In this document: in pieces, positions 26,964 to 39,780 of the stretch
Position numbering within the stretch: position 1 is the first letter of the stretch
Layout of the letters: every line of letters starts with the position of its first letter
Source: Rhizodiscina lignyota
Taxonomy: Eukaryota
Assembly (NCBI GenBank): GCA_010015805.1
Contig: ML978125.1
Location: 1,302,001-1,366,000, forward strand
Length of the DNA: 64,000 bases
Reading direction: 5' to 3'
Program-made: the position numbers and the translations under genes
Notes under the pieces: generated by a model
Database searches by the model: none
What the model saw: the letters and a program-made list of their open reading frames with translations, nothing else
Told to the model about the DNA's origin: nothing

Positions 26964-28508
26964 ATGGTATCACCTAATACCTCACTCTTTGCCTGCCGGT
27001 CATGTCGTCGCGACTTTGTTCAAGCTCTCAAGAGCCTTTCTACTCCTCGATATCCACGGCGCCGAACCTTTACGCGTCCGAGCAATGCGCCCAAGCCGCA
27101 ACCCGACATCAGGCACATACGGCAGAATCCAGGCTTGTATGAGCAAAACTGCGTCGATCGGAACTACGCAGCGCAGGCTCGGAACTCATGGCGAATCATT
27201 GAGTTGTTTGATGTGTGGCAGAAATGTCAGTCGAGCGCGAGACAGCTCCGTGAGCGCAACAATGTCGTGAAGAAGTCGGTTGCAAAACCCCAGGAAGGAG
27301 ATGCAGCAAGGCAGGCGTTGATTGAAGAGGCGAGGAGGCTTAAGGCGGAGTTGGGGGAGATAGAGCAGAAAGAAGAGGAGCTACAAGATAATATTCAGGT
27401 TTTGGCACTGGAATTGCCGAATCTCAGCAGCGTACACACGCCGACCGGCTTGACACCAGAAGTCTTATCCTATATCAACGTCCGAACGAACTCCTCTGGT
27501 CCTTCGCGATCACAACTTTCCCACACCGACATCGGAGCGCGCCTCAACCTCCTCGACTTCTCAGCCGCTGCGACCACCTCCGGATGGGGCTGGTACTATC
27601 TCCTGAACGGTGCAGCACTACTCGAACAAGCACTCGTGCAATACGCTCTTCATACCTGCATGCAGCGAGGATGGCGCATCGTGTCTCCTCCATCGATGGT
27701 CTATGCGCACATGGCAAGTGCGTGTGGCTTCCAACCGCGCGATCAGCACGGCGAGACACAAATATACGCGATTGAGCAGTCCGAGAAAGACAAGCAGAAA
27801 TCAGAGGAAGGGCAGTCCAGGCCACAGTATGTCATGGCTGGGACTGCGGAGATTCCTTTAGCAGGTCTCAAGGCGAACACTGTGTTGGCAGAAGAGGAGC
27901 TGCCATTGAAAGTAGTCGGAGTCAGCAGAAGCTACAGAGCTGAAGCAGGTGCAAGAGGCGTGGATACAAAGGGGCTATACAGAGTGCATGAATTCACCAA
28001 GGTGGAGATGTTTGCGTGGACATTGCCGGACACGCAGGACGCCGACGGGCAAGGGAATTTCGCAACGGGTACACAGCAAAATAGCCATTCCGAACGGCTC
28101 TTCCAGGAAATGGTAGAGCTGCAGAAGTCTATCCTTCAACCCCTTGGACTGCACTGTCGTGTGCTCTCAATGCCATCGACGGATCTTGGCGCGAGCGCCA
28201 CTAGGAAAATCGACATCGAAGCGTTCTTCCCTTCGCGAATCGAGAAAGATGACGGATATGGTGAAGTCACGAGTGCGAGCATCTGTACAGATTACCAGAG
28301 CAGAAGATTGAACACAAGAATGAAGAGCAAGGCGCAGGGAGGGAAGTTGGAGTATGTGCACACTTTGAATGGGACGGCCATGGCCATACCTAGAGTGCTC
28401 GCGGCCATCTTGGAGAACGGATGGGATGAAGAAAAGCAGGAAGTTCGAGTCCCGGAAGTGTTACGGAAGTGGATGGGTGGCATGGATGCCATTAGAAAAG
28501 ACACGTAA
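26964..28508 (+). CDS. DIA4: Mitochondrial seryl-tRNA synthetase
   Basis: Class II motifs AGTAEIPLAG, SYRAEAGARG, GLYRVHEFTKVEMF, EVTSASICTDYQSRRL and HTLNGTAMA. N-terminal presequence-like segment and coiled coil. Confidence 0.95.
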   Translation: MVSPNTSLFACRSCRRDFVQALKSLSTPRYPRRRTFTRPSNAPKPQPDIRHIRQNPGLYEQNCVDRNYAAQARNSWRIIELFDVWQKCQSSARQLRERNNVVKKSVAKPQEGDAARQALIEEARRLKAELGEIEQKEEELQDNIQVLALELPNLSSVHTPTGLTPEVLSYINVRTNSSGPSRSQLSHTDIGARLNLLDFSAAATTSGWGWYYLLNGAALLEQALVQYALHTCMQRGWRIVSPPSMVYAHMASACGFQPRDQHGETQIYAIEQSEKDKQKSEEGQSRPQYVMAGTAEIPLAGLKANTVLAEEELPLKVVGVSRSYRAEAGARGVDTKGLYRVHEFTKVEMFAWTLPDTQDADGQGNFATGTQQNSHSERLFQEMVELQKSILQPLGLHCRVLSMPSTDLGASATRKIDIEAFFPSRIEKDDGYGEVTSASICTDYQSRRLNTRMKSKAQGGKLEYVHTLNGTAMAIPRVLAAILENGWDEEKQEVRVPEVLRKWMGGMDAIRKDT

Positions 28509-28612
28509 ATGTGCATTCAGCCATTCTGATTTTCCATCCGGAAATTTAACTGGGTGTACATTAAGACGACACCTTTAGGTATGTACAATAGATCCAGCAG
28601 AAGCGTATCAAC

Positions 28613-29957
28613 TCATTTCTTGACAGAGAACTCGTACGTCGCCTGCAGGGTGTATGGGTCGTCGCCCGGACCGAAGATCTGTCTCTTGTCACGCTGCCAC
28701 TCGGGCTGGTTGATCGCATCGATCCAGTCCTCGACTTCCATGACCACACAGCCGTATTGCTCAACGACACGTGGGCGCTTGCTGTCCCCATGGAGGCCTT
28801 GCGTTTCCTTCAGAGTAAGAGTGCCTGCAGCGGTGTCAGAACGTCAAACTTGTCGGAAGCTTAGGGAGACTCTACCATTTTGTCCGCCGCAGCTGTAGAC
28901 CTGGAAGGCCTCCTGATCTGTGAAGACATTGATCTCGATTCCGCTGAAATCGCTGCTCAACGTTGCGACTGGGCCCTTCTCGCGCCAGTCGTACGGACCG
29001 TTCTGAGCTCTATTTACAAGGTAGCAGGTATCGTATCCAGTGCAGTTCGTCCCGCAGTTACCCAACAAGTCGGGATTCGAGAAGTTTGCGCCAATTTGCT
29101 TTGGTTGTGACCAGAAGTCATTTAGCCCGTACTTCTCGTTGGGCAAGATCGTTCCATTTGGAATGAGAATACCGTCGCAGCCGACGCGCTGGCCCGAGTA
29201 AGGCAGGTGAAGGGTATGGTTGAGCACCAAGGGGGTATCTGGGTTTTGGAATGCATCCAAGTTCCAGTAAGTGTGAGAGCTGAGCATTATAGGTGTCTTC
29301 TTCGTGAGCGCTTCCGCGACCATCTTGATGTGCCAGGTATATGGCGTCAAGGTGTACGTGACCCAAGAGTAAACAACGCCTGGAAATCCCTCTTTGCCAT
29401 CTGGATCGATGATCTGGAAGGTGATTGAATTTGACGTGTGTGAGAGGACAGTCCAATTTCTCTGTGGACGCATTCAGCTCTGTATTCAGCAACCACATTT
29501 AGTTCCAAGAGCGCTCACCCAGTCCCAACCGTCAGGGCCACCATGAAGGGTATCATTGTTGTTGTTCTCGTTTGGCAGAACATGGTACGTCGTGCCATCG
29601 ATATCGAACGAACTGTTCTTGATACGGTTCGCATAACGGCCTGCAATATCCATGAGCAACAGCTGAAGAAGGCGTCTCTCGTAACATACCAGGTACTGCA
29701 CCAAGATGAGGGTGCTGTTTATCGATCGTATAGTAGCTGGCATTGTCGAAACCTAGGACGATGTCTCTCTCAATGCCATGCTTGTCTTCGATCCACAGGT
29801 TTGATATGCTTGCTCCGTATGGGATGAAGTTGGCTTTAATACCCTCGGACTCAATCAAGTATTTTCCATTCTTGTCTGGTCCACTGCCCGCTGTGCCATA
29901 CTGTGCCAATGCACCCGCAAACAGCGAAGCCACCGCAAGAAATTTCATCGCGAACAT
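28613..29957 (-). CDS. Secreted aldose 1-epimerase (mutarotase), 4 exons
   Basis: Signal peptide MKFLAVASLFAGALA; motifs PYGASISNL, DIVLGFD, GRYANRIKN, LHGGPDGWD, GFPG, SSHTYWNL and EVEDWIDAINQPEW. TGA at 28615-28613. Confidence 0.9.
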
Positions 29958-31134
29958 CTTGAATCCCAATCAAAGTCGGAATCCAATTCAATTGCGGAGC
30001 AGAGAGAAGACTCGAGAGGCACCCAATTTCCGGCCCTGGCAGCAGTTCCGCGTACTTAAACATCGAGCCATCGTACTTTCCTTGTCAGCAGTGAAATCAT
30101 CCGACATGCTGGTACCGAGCCTGGTGGTTCCCCCGCAATGGAGAGAGGTCGGTATTGAGAAAGGATTGTCGGGGTTCTCGGTGGAGGATTGCCCAGATGG
30201 TCAGGAACACACGCGGGGCTCCATGAGCTTGACTTTGCGGGGGTCAGTAGCTCTCGACCAGGTCATCAAGGAATTGAGTTCCTCCGCCAATACGAGGGCA
30301 CGAAATGCGGAGAAATTCGCAAGGGTGGAGTTCTGGCGTGGTCATGACGTTTATTTCCCGCTGCTTGGCTGGCTGGGATTCAGCCGCATCTTCCAAGCAA
30401 ATTCTTCCAAGCTCTTGCTTCATGCATCTTGATGCTTGTCATGCTCGGCCAGGGCTAGCTTTCGCCGACACGTTCTTCAGGCCCAAAGGTACAGCATCGT
30501 GGTCGCTTCATGCATCGCGTAGAGCTTGTTTCCCCTCGCGATGGAAACGTGGTTGCATTGACGCGTCATGGGCCTGGGTTGAGCTACCTTACACGCGATT
30601 GCGGAGCCCTTTCCGAAGAGACAGGACTAGAAAGCAGTTCAGAACTTTAGAGGGCGAATTATTGGCTCACGAAAAGAGCATTGCGCCGCGCCGTCTGACA
30701 TGGCACAATTTCGCGACAGTACACTGTCTTATGTCTCTCTTTTCTGAAGCTCTTCCTATCCTGAAAATTTTCACGCTGCGGAGTTTGGTTGCTTCAACCA
30801 CTGGCATGCGCCATTCAGTTCAATCTATTGCAGAACCCATGCTGGAGAGTCAATTCTTATATTTCTCATCCGTTCTCAACCTCTCTTGCATGGATAACAG
30901 GTAGCCTTCCAGTCATTGGATTGGATCTGGTGGAATAGTATTCCCCGACCTTCCTTCCTTGCTCGGCAAAATGCCGATCTGTATAACATCATCCTTTCCC
31001 CACAACTGCTACGCTAGGCTTCCTTTGGGTAACTTTCAAAATGCTAGTTGTGCAGGATTTTGAAAATCTTATACTTGCGGAGTCGGCACCCTCATTGCAC
31101 AGATGGAGCGTCGAGCCAGCCCTGCACTTTAACA

Positions 31135-33367
31135 ATGAAAGGCGCAGCAGCGCGCAGTCTGTCTGCTCTTGTCTTTGGATCAGCATGCGCGAGGACGGTA
31201 GAGGGCGCATTCCTCAAACCACGCGCTGACAATGGACTTGTACTCACGCCTCCAATGGGGTAATGCTGTTCTCATCAGCATTGTCATCAACACACCATAC
31301 TGACTGAAGACAGTTGGAATACCTATAATCACTACGCTTGTCTTCCGAACGAGACTATCGTTCTCTCTAACGCACAGGCATTGGTGGATTTAGGATTGAA
31401 CGACGTTGGCTATTACTACGTAACAACGGACTGTGGCTGGACCGTATCAGAGCGAACCGACAATGGCACACTCACGTGGAACGCAAGTCTATTTCCTTCC
31501 GGTCTTCCAGAAATGGGTCGAAAAATACACGAACTCGGACTGGGCTTTGGCGTCTATTCAGACGCAGGTGTCCAGATGTGCATGAATGGATTGCCGAACC
31601 AGACAGGCAGTCTTTGTACGACATTTGCTACCGAATGATGCCACGAGGCTAACAGGAATTCAGATCATGAATCCGTGGACGCAAACACATTTTCAGCCTG
31701 GAAGGCGGATTTGCTTAAGTGTAAGGCCAGAAAGGCGGCCATTCAAGCTCATTGGCTGACAAGGCTAGATGACAACTGCTACTCCGTCAAAGAGGATGGT
31801 TATCCAGACGCCGATTACTCTCCGCCAAGTCCAATTTCGCCTCGAATGACCACAATGGCTTCTGCGTTGAAAGCTACTGGTCGATCTATTATGTTTGCTA
31901 TCTGTGATTGGGGTGTTGATTTGTATGAGCCCTGTGCGACAGCTGAGAGACTGGGGAATGGCTAACAAAAACAGCCCTTCCGCATGGGCACCAAAAATCG
32001 GTAACACCTGGCGCATCACGAACGACATCATACCCGCATGGCGGACAATCGCCCGTATAATCAATCAAGCTGTGCCCCAAACATCATACGCCGGACCCGG
32101 ACGATGGCTTGACCTGGACATGCTGGAGATTGGAAACCACTTTTTCAATGAAGCAGAAGAACAGACACATATGAGCTTGTGGAGTATCATCAAGAGCCCA
32201 TTGATAATTGGCACAGCCCTCAAGGACGAATTCACGTCAATTTCCAAGAATTCTTTAGCAATCCTGAGCAACGAAGATGTTATCGGCTTCAATCAAGACA
32301 GTCTGGGAGTAGCTGCAAGCTTCCGTAGGAGGTGGACTGAAGACGAATATGAGGTCTGGGCTGGTCCGCTATCCGGCGGTCGCACTGTTGCCGCATTAGT
32401 GAATTGGAGAAACAAGACGCGTAGTCTGGCCTTAGATCTTCCGGACATTGGGATACAGCGGGCAGCAACGGTCAAGAGCGTCTGGGACAACGGCACAAAA
32501 TCATCCAACGTTTTGACCTGGTACGGAGAGTCTGTTCCAGCTCACGGCACAATGCTACTAGAACTCTCCATGGGAAGCCCAGCTGGTACATATGAAGCCT
32601 CGCATTTTGCGTACACTAAGGGCAACCGGACAGTCTTCGAGAATGTATATGGTATTACCTCTAGCAAAGGATACGCGATGTCCATTGCATTCGATCTCCA
32701 GAAGAAGACATATAGTAAACATATGCTAGCTGTTCAGACTTCTTGCGAATCTGGCTGGACTACCAATCACACTTCGCCGAATACTGTCATTACCGTTCCA
32801 ATCACACTGGACGCCATCAATAACAATACCATTACTCTGGAATCCAGTCTATCGCTTCCGATCAAATACATCTCCATACAAGCCCCGAATGGAACATACT
32901 ATCCTTCCACGTACTTTGCGCTTACTGGATCTGCAAATCGTACAAGATGTCACCAAGATCTCTGCAAGCCGGTGGGCTCCAAAATCGGCAACATCTCCCC
33001 TTCAGGAGGCGCATCTATCTCAATGCCGCGGGGCCCGAGCGACAGAGCGGGACCGAAATATGTTGAAATTGATTTCACGAACAACGACATTGCCCTATCT
33101 ACTTCCTGGACGAATGGCACGAATACTCGGAATTTGACGATTGCCGTGAATGAAGTAACCACGCGCATTGAGTTGCCGATCTCTGGCCGAAGCAGTGAAT
33201 TGTTCTCGCCTGGAAGGGGATGGGAGGACACTGGAACGTTCGGTGTTCTTCTGGATGGCTTTGGAACGGGCAAAAAGACGTCAGACGAGGTCATCGTCAG
33301 CAATATCGGCGGAGAGCATGGCATACAACCGCAAGGTGCGGAATTTGTTGGAATGAGGGTGTTTTAG
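31135..33367 (+). CDS. Secreted alpha-galactosidase, GH27 (AglD-like), multi-exon
   Basis: Signal peptide; motifs LTPPMG|WNTYN, DCGW, FGVYSDAG, ADLLK|YDNC, CDWG, WRITNDI and WLDLDMLEIGN; C-terminal beta-rich CBM-like modules. Confidence 0.92.
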
Positions 33368-33428
33368 TATTTGCTCGAGTAAATCATGTTTTCTCTTACA
33401 TAACATGAAACGAGTCCTGAATTTTTGC

Positions 33429-34645
33429 TCATACCTTTGCCTTCAAATATTCGGCACCCAGAAGCTGCGATCCTCCGTCTGCCCGTCTCTCCATTTCATC
33501 AAGCAGCCTGTGCCTCTTCAGAGCATGCTCAAAATCAGGGTAGCCGCCTTTGCCATCAGCAAAAGCCTCGTACAGCCTTCCAATATTCCTTCCTAGGAGC
33601 GGTAGGCTGTCAAAGAAATCACTCTTCTCCAGCTCTACCTCCTCGACCTTCTCACTTTCCGCGTCGAACAATTTCAGCTCAGTGTCCGGATATCCAACGC
33701 TGAGGCTCGGTCCGGATGCTGTAACCTGGATCTCTCCTGTGCTTCCGTAGACGCGCCAGATCAGCTTCGGATCACTGGGAAAGGCATCACCTCCCCGCAT
33801 GTGATATGACAACACTGGCTTCGGATCGGAGTTAGACTGAAGACGACCTTGGACTATCATTTGGTCGAACGTGTTCTTTGGTCTATCTTTTTCAACGACC
33901 TCGTTCGTCGCGCGGTCGATGATAGTGACAGACTTCCTCTGCTGAGCGAGGAGAGAGTTGAATGACTCAAATTCGCCGAGTGCGTAGAGGACGTAGTCAA
34001 TCGCTGGAGCTCAAGTCAGAACATGGATCTGTTTTTAAACCAAACAGAATACTCACAGTGGCCAAAATGAATTGTCAGCGGGTTGCCTCCAACCTCTCGA
34101 TCGGTGAAGTAGAATACTCCTTTACCCTCCACCGCTCCACCGTTACTTGGACTTCCAATCCACGTAGTGCTGAGAACATTGCCTATCTTCCCGTGTTCCA
34201 CGAGCTCTTTTACCTTGTTCACAACAGGCGCTACATGTCCTTGCAGGCCAACCATAGTCCTTACGCGCTTTTCCCTTGCTAGCTTAGCGACCTCTTCCGC
34301 CTCGGCCACATTCCTCACAAGCGGCCACTCACAAAACACGTCCTTCCCTGCACGGAGAGCTGGGACGATACCTCCAGCGTGCTTGTCGACCCTCGTCACC
34401 ACCACCACGAGGTCAACATTGGGATCGTTGGCAATATCCTCCGGGTTGCCGTATGCCTTGGCGTCTGCGCCAAGCTCGAAAGTCTTGATCGCCTTTTCTG
34501 CAGAAGCAACAGACGAGTTGCACACAGCGGTGACGGTATACTTTGGTGAAGCGCGGAGGTAGTCAAGATGAGCTTTTTCTGCCCATGAGGTACCGCTTGT
34601 ACCTGAAGCCGAGAGGCCAATGATGCCAACGCGAATTGGAGCCAT
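33429..34645 (-). CDS. Gfo/Idh/MocA oxidoreductase, Gal80-like subfamily, 2 exons
   Basis: PIRVGIIGL..W...H, VFCEWPL, TMVGLQG, LTIHFGH|-IDY, QGRL, RGG and VYGSTGEI. These are colinear with the motifs I recall for yeast Gal80. Confidence 0.85.
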
Positions 34646-35590
34646 ACTCTTCACGCACTTGTACGAGAGTTGAATGTAGATGGAAGATGTGTAAGTGAGA
34701 AGAGAAACGTGATCACAACACCTGTCGAATCATGAATTGAAATGGTACCTTGAATATAAGGCAAGAAAAACATTATATAGCTCGAATCGGAGACAAGACG
34801 TGATTACAAATTGCGTCTTGCGTGATTCTGCGGGGAATTGTTAATGCTTCAATTTTCGAATGGTAGACGCAGCGTCGTCTCTGATTATGAATGCATTCCG
34901 GAAAAGCATTTAGCAGGTGTAACGTGCCTTTGTGCACCCCTTTTGGCCGATCACACTTCCCAAGGGGGACGGAGATCGGAGATATATGCATGGAACCGGA
35001 CAGTTGTTCGACCTAGCGTTCTACTGAAAAAAGGCTTGTTCGTGTTTCAAAGCATATCAAGACATACAACAGCCTTCGACAAGTTCCTCTTTGGTTCATC
35101 CGCATCTGCGATGACAATATTCGGCGCCAGGGGATGGAAAATCGCAGGTGGAAACGTGGCGCAAGGCATGTGCCTCTCAACGGCCCCGCGCCATCGATTC
35201 AAGTTCGGTAATCGGCAGCCTTCGATGAGAAACATCGGGAACACTTCACAGGTACCGACATAGACTTCAGTCATTAGCTGTCATTGGAAAAAGACTACGG
35301 ACGATGTTGAAGGGGGCGTTTCATTGATCTCGTGACAGCGCGTCAAATTCGCGTTTTGTGAAGAGGTGGATGGCCGTACGATACGGAGTACCGTTACGGC
35401 CAACCACTAGCGAGCCTCACTGCCTCACTCAACGAAGCGGTGAGAGGAAACCATTAATAGCTCCCCATGCAGTTCGGAACTTTTCATTTTATTTCTGGTG
35501 TCGTCTTCTATTATCCTTCCTTCTTATTATGCAATTCGGGTATGAGTTTTGTCACATCTCTTGCCGGGCAAAATTATCCAGCTCGTTCAA

Positions 35591-36930
35591 ATGACTCGCG
35601 ACGTGGTGCAAGCGTCTGCGGAGCGCGAAAGAGGCAATGCACTCTACAAAGATGGCAAGATAGTAGAAGGCAAGTACAGGCCGCACATTCAATCCAGAAC
35701 AGTGGCTGATACGCAATTGGCAGCTCTTAACGCGTATATGAAGGCCTGTACAATTGATCCTCAGGATGCAGCTGCAGCTGGTAATCTGTCAGCTGCGAAT
35801 TTCGAGATGGGCCTATACGATTGCACGATAAAAGACATTCACCGTGCATTGGAATTGTCGACAACTGGTGAGGGCCCGAGGATCAATCGTCTAAACGCTC
35901 GATTGGCGCGGACATACCTGTTTCAAAAGGCCTACGATAATGCTGCGCAAGTTCGAATAAGCTTCCGAGTGGGCAAGAGCGAGACGAACTTCAGTTATGC
36001 ATTGCCGACGCCCAGAATGACTCCATACCTGAATTTGATATTGCGCAAGGACGCGAAAAACTCCTGCGCGAGTTGCCGCGATACAAACCACCGCTGTATG
36101 TGATGAACAAGAGGCTCTGTTCCCTCTCTAACTCGGGCATTAGGACTGATGCATCTATATTTTATGTTGCCGGCCACGATGAAGCCCAACCAATTGCAGA
36201 TGACACGTTATTGCAAGAGCCCAGTGACGAGATCCTCGACTTCCTCTTTGGTGGCATTGGAGATGCTAGGCACCTCTTCGCAACCTGGATCTATCTGTAC
36301 ACGGCTGAGCAACGTCTCAAACAACCGCGGGGACGAAAATACCGATTTACAACACTTCAGGCCGGGCACCTCGTGCGACACCATTACCGATTTCAGAGAC
36401 AACTGCCAAGTACCTCCGGCAAAGATCAGCACTACACCTTTCATCCCCGAATTGTCTACTCTGACGGCAATGTGGAGTACAGTGCTTCCATTCGGCTGGC
36501 CATCCCAAAACTGCCGAAGCTCCGCTCAGTGTACACATACGAGATCACATTCGAAAAAGGTGTCGACGACATTGACTTAGAGGGTCGTACTAACAACGAA
36601 TTTGTCCTCGTATTGGTTGATGGCGCTCTCTTAAGTAAAGTCAAGAGAAAGGATTTAAGGGAAGTCCTTCTCAATAATGAGATTGGCAATCGTGCTCGCG
36701 CGGCTCAGGAGGTCCGTGAGAGTGGGATCATGGTGACAACGTTCGCTTGGATGCCTTCGACAAACACTGCGAGATTCCAGATGCGAGAAGTCGTCATTGA
36801 CAGACTCCGTGGACAACATACAAAGCCTTGGCTAATTGGCATCTTGTATACCATCAATTGGCGCATTGTGCCTTGCACGTTTCAGCCAGCTGCGTCGTCC
36901 GTTCGCAAGTTGTCCGCTTGGGCTGAGTAA
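35591..36930 (+). pseudogene. Degraded TPR + DUF4470-like gene (apparent frameshift and internal truncation)
   Basis: TPR-like ERGNALYKDGK..A..AY..A..IDP....GNLSAANFEMGLY. The frame changes near 35953 to reach ELPRYKP. GHD..FLFGGIGDARHLFAT is followed by only a short remainder. Confidence 0.6.
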
Positions 36931-37419
36931 CCATACAAAGCATTTTGATTCTTTCCCCACTCCAATTGTACTTGTGAAGATTCTAAGTAATACGTTCTCC
37001 AGAGTGCCAGACTTTGACCAAGAGTACAAAAAATTTCAGAGTATGGGAGTATTGGACTCTAGCGTGATGTGTACAAGCTGCACTGCAAGGCTGGACTGAT
37101 TTCAAGGCTTCGAGGATGAAGGTTTGGGGTACCGCAGACAACGTAAGGTATCCTATCCACTCTTTCTAAAGTTGTATCCTAACATGTTAGATGGACATTA
37201 ACATATCTTCCAAGGGGTAATGAAGAAATTACGCCACCAAGTACATATTTGGATGGGGTTGTACCGAAGATTAGGTGGGGTCCGCGCCTGGTCTGGGTTC
37301 CAGCCAGCTACCTAGCCACCCCCAGCCACCAGCGTCCTCCACAGAACCTCGGGGTAATTCGCGCGCCGTTCGGCGTCGATTCAGCAGCTCTCTTTAGCAG
37401 TCATATACGCGCAAACTTT

Positions 37420-38419
37420 TCATATCTTATCATCCCACTCTTCTCGAGGCACGTATAGTCTCCCTCCTTCTCCTCGCTCTGTTGTGAACTCACGAAGTGT
37501 ACTGAAGTCGCGGCACGTATGCACCTGATCTGAGTCGATATACGGATGCTCGAGCCCGTCGAAATGTTTCTGTGGTATGAGAGTGGTGCTGCCATAACAC
37601 TGAATCTCCTGCCTTAGTAAGTCCAGACAGTGTTCTAAGGGCCGACAGTTGTCAGTTCTCTGGTTAAGGAATGAATGATTTCATGTCACTTACCTAAGTG
37701 CACCTGTCCGTGGATGTCAGTGTACGGGTAATAATCTTGTCCCAGGGCTTTTCGCAGCGCATTCTGCACTCATTTAATGTTAGAAATTGTCAAGTCCAAC
37801 GATATCGACCGTCTTACAAGACAATGGAGTGCGTGGAACATATCCAAACTGGTACGTCGTTAGTTAAAAATGATCTTTGGAACGGAATACGATGCACCAA
37901 CCCCGCAGTATAGCCTCCTCTGTATGGATCTCTATACATCACGTATTTGTCGCCCCAGGCCTTCTTCGCCTCTTCCTCTGATACAGAGAAATATCGGTCG
38001 CCAATTAAATCATGCCAGGCCCAATCGATTTCTCGGCTCGGCTCCCCGAAATACCTTCTATTCTCCGGCCATGGAGCATTCGAGTCCACTGGAGTTCTCC
38101 ATGCAGTTCCATTGTCAAAGAAGTGGGGACTTCCAGTGAACCGGACCCTTTTGAGCCCGACCTTCGTTGGCAACGTCATGTCCGTACCAAATTCCGTCTC
38201 GTATGAGCCTGAGGGTCCGGAATATGAGGGCGACAAAAAGAGAAAGAGCAAGACAGAAGCGAACAGAATATTGAGTATCCATGGAAGAGCGCTCAGCAAT
38301 GTTACGTCCCAGATCCGTGACCGTCTTCGTTCTTGTTGCTTAGTCTGTGGAGGCTCCTTCTCATGTAGCGATTCTTCGTTTTCATTGTTAATGTATTCCT
38401 CCAATCGTGAGTACTTCAT
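37420..38419 (-). CDS. DUF3328/UstYa-family HxxHC oxidase #1, 4 exons
   Basis: Exons 38419-37902, 37848-37818, 37763-37694 and 37634-37420. N-terminal TM helix; motifs YFGEPSREIDWAW, GLDMFHALHCLNALRK, HLEHCLDLLRQEIQC and HTCRDF. Confidence 0.92.
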
Positions 38420-39009
38420 TTTGCTACATGCGTGTCAAGTTTGTCGTCGAGTGTCAGAAATATCAGGTTGCAAGGTGTGCAGACCAAAACCTCGGGCAGT
38501 AGCAGTAAGAATGTGAAAAATGCGGCAGCCACTGGACATTTAAAGCAAAGTTCACTGACTTACTCAGCCTAGACAATCTGACAACGTCACTACGAACATC
38601 ACTGCACTTGGATCTTTCATCGACGGATTGCGATGCCGACGGCGCCCATCCCATCTCAATATTCACTTAAGGCTTGGCCTCACTCTGCGTTGGATTGATC
38701 AAGCAATTAGATGGCCACTGCTTGACCATCAATTAAGGGGTCTCATTTAATGTCATGAGGAGATAAATGGTGATTATATTGACTTTCTACATCTAACTTG
38801 CGCAACAGCAAGATTTCGAAATGACCATCTAATCTCCCCATCTAGACTGCAACTTCCATCACCGCTTGCTCCACCGATGGCACTTTGGTGGTTGAAGAGA
38901 TCGTCGGACCTGATGAATGCTTCAGCACGAGTCGTCCACTGCGTCGATTAAGGGCCGCCACATACCATCGATAAGTCAACCTGCGACCGTATGAGCAGTT
39001 TGAACGAGT

Positions 39010-39210
39010 TTAGTCGCCCTACAGATACAATTAGATTGTTTACTTCTCCAGCTGGTGTCAACGGATCGAACGTACATCGTCTTCAGGAATCGGTTCAAGG
39101 TGTCTGGCAATGGGGCCAGCAGCACCGACAGCGCGTTCCTCGACAGGCAGGGCGAGGCCCATGGACCCGAAGGCTAGAGTAACAAGGGCGATGCAGAAAG
39201 TGAACTTCAT
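39010..39210 (-). CDS. Small secreted peptide; candidate RiPP precursor (not in the ORF track)
   Basis: MKFTFCIALVTLAFGSMGLA-LPVEERAVGAAGPIARHLEPIPEDD, then a 57-nt GTACGT...CTAAT...TAG intron (39075-39019), then GD-stop, giving 47 aa. A at -3 of the ATG and an upstream TATAAA. The 3' structure is uncertain. Confidence 0.7.
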
Positions 39211-39275
39211 ACTGAATGTTCAAGAGAAAGTAAGGCTTTGTTGATGGCCGAGTCTGCATCGAATTCGCGACGTTC

Positions 39276-39281
39276 TTTATA
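39276..39281 (-). promoter_or_regulatory. TATA box of the small secreted peptide gene
   Basis: TATAAA on the minus strand 65 nt upstream of the ATG at 39210, followed by a CT-rich leader. Confidence 0.5.
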
Positions 39282-39780
39282 CACGGCTGAGGACTGCTCT
39301 CGACCCAGTCGACACCGCTGGCACCGAACCCATCGCCCACGAATCTGGAATATGGTCTATGAGATCTCAGAGATGTGGCATCTGATGAAGATTTTCGCTT
39401 GGTCGTAAGCTGATGTTTCAAGGGTGTTACATGTGGGACAATGTCACAATGATTGACAACACACAATTCAACTTCCGTTCAGCATTTCCGATCCTAACTC
39501 CATTGCTCATGCAGAATCAGGAACATGGTCAATTCTTGTCGCAGCAGTTTCAGCTCGACTGAGTTACATCACGAGAATTTTGATTTCTGAGAATTGAAGG
39601 AAATTAAATCTTATCTTGAACTAGCTCAATTTGGGAAAAGATCTTTTTATCATTTTCTCAGTTCTGCGATCTCTTCGGTGTCTGCAGTACTTCCCACTGC
39701 TCAATCACACTCCTCTGCCACAATCCATTTTTTCAGATTTTGTCTCGAGGTGTCAGGAGATTGTTGTCAAATCTAACAGA

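Noticed and set aside
29743..30904. ORFs of 229 and 199 aa between the mutarotase and the alpha-galactosidase
   Set aside because: Partly antisense to the mutarotase, non-ATG starts and no motifs; this is most likely a divergent promoter. No Gal4-type CGG-N11-CCG site was seen by eye.
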